Part shown: positions 62,842 to 64,000 of the stretch, in pieces
How the letters are laid out: each line of letters begins with the position of its first letter
Position numbering within the stretch: position 1 is the stretch's first letter
From: Eutreptiella sp. 'Long Island Sound 2002'
Taxonomy: Eukaryota; Protista; Euglenida
Reading direction: 5' to 3'
Length of the DNA stretch: 64,000 nucleotides
Assembly (NCBI GenBank): GCA_964036045.1
Contig: OZ038379.1
Location: 10,912,001-10,976,000, forward strand
Made by a program: the position numbers and the translations under genes
Notes under the pieces: model-generated
Seen by the model: the letters and a program-made list of their open reading frames with translations, nothing else
Database searches by the model: none
What the model was told of the DNA's origin: nothing

Positions 62842-64000
62842 GGTATGAGGCTACTACGGACAAGATGTGGTGCATTGCATGTAAACAGTATCCTCAACTT
62901 GGCCACTCTGTTCCCTTCGTGCAAGGTACTTCAAACTTCATGTTGTGCACCCTTAAGCATCACCAGCGGTCGGGCTCACACGCTGTGTCCTTGGCCTTGT
63001 GGCAATCAGGTGGTCGGGTGACGTCGGTCATTAAAACCTTGCCCCCTCATGTGCTACAGGGCATCCTGGTCCTATTCAGGACCGTGTACAGGATTGTGCA
63101 CCGCGCTGGTCCCCTCAGTCATGTGGAAGGGGATGCCGAGCTCGTGTCACTCAATGGAGGCACAATTATCCCAAGTTATCGTTCACCCTTCTCGGCTAGG
63201 GAGGTGCTGCGCTTTATTTCCCAACCATTTCGCATTTCCCAGGGTCTAGTAATCAAGGAGTCTTCTTTTTTCTCCATCGCATCAGACTCGTGCACAGACC
63301 GCGCAGCAAAGAAAGAAGAGCTTTTTTATGTTCGTGCCGTCGTTGATGGAGTGATGGCTACCAATTATTTCTCTTGCCAACCCCTCCCCTCCGGCACCGC
63401 TCCAGGAATAGTTACTGCATTGAAACGGGCAATGGCCCATGCAGACGTGGATCTTGATGTTTGGATCCGTAAGCTCTTTTTCTACTGTGGGGATGGGGCC
63501 AGTGTGGTTCAGGGCGAATGTGGTGGGATTATCCGCATCATCGGCGACTTGCAGAAGGAGATCGCAGGCTATGATGTGGTGGTGCCATATCACGCATCGT
63601 GTCACAGATGCGAGCTGGCCTTTAAGGCCGCCATCGCCTCCGACCATGCGTTTCTTGATCTACTTGCTGACACGTTGCAGTGTGTTGCGCTGTTTTGGAA
63701 TAATGCTCCCTCTAGGCTCAAGACATTGCATGCATTGGCTCTCGCCCTCGATGCCGCATTCTTGAAATTAGGGGATCTGCACACTCGTCGCTGGTGTGCT
63801 TTTGCAGCAGATGCCTTGCGCCGTATGAAGCGGTGCTATGTGATTGTTGTCCTTGGTTTGCGTGAGGTACACCTGAGCAAGGCAGTCCACAAAGAACAAA
63901 GAGATGCTTTGCTTTTTGCACTCACGAACGAGGTGTTTCTATGTGGTCTGTTTTTTATGCTGGATGTTGTGCAGGCTTCAGCCCTAATGTCCCAGGGAAT
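62781..64000 (+). mobile_element. hAT-superfamily transposase (ZNF862/KIAA1586-like) with TTF-type zinc finger; open to the window end and missed by the ORF track
   Basis: Frame 3 is stop-free for 406 codons. QFRREW...WLRY...WCIAC...GTSNF...KHH..SGSH is the TTF finger. FFSIASDSCTD and GDGASV carry the first two catalytic Asp. HASCHRCELA and TRRW are further hAT motifs. Confidence 0.9.

Overview
Repeat-rich eukaryotic DNA with short GC3-rich exons and long GT-AG introns. It contains one 200-N assembly gap (57160-57359). A euglenid/euglenozoan origin is inferred, not proven, from PFO/PNO exons, a gag-YR-RT ordered retroelement, TTAGGG-type repeats and AG/polypyrimidine tracts just upstream of start codons. 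Most entries in the ORF track are noise from repeats or antisense shadows. Supportable content: (1) two exons of a secreted or surface protein with a He_PIG-like Ig domain and ~100-aa repeats (minus, 1234-5138); (2) three phase-compatible exons of an unknown plus-strand gene (11.9-13.0 kb); (3) a full-length 5292-bp tyrosine-recombinase retrotransposon (20168-25459, minus) with split direct repeats, inserted in one arm of a ~1.3-kb inverted duplication whose other arm keeps the empty target site; (4) four phase-compatible exons encoding two BRCT-like domains followed by motif I of a compact bacterial/kinetoplastid-type ATP-dependent DNA ligase (32.9-39.0 kb); (5) pseudogenised and partly duplicated PFO/PNO exons (40.4-42.6 kb); (6) a bacterial FklB/FkpA-type FKBP gene (minus, 52844-55447); (7) a hAT transposase with an unusual N-terminus that runs off the window end; (8) many tandem and dispersed repeats.
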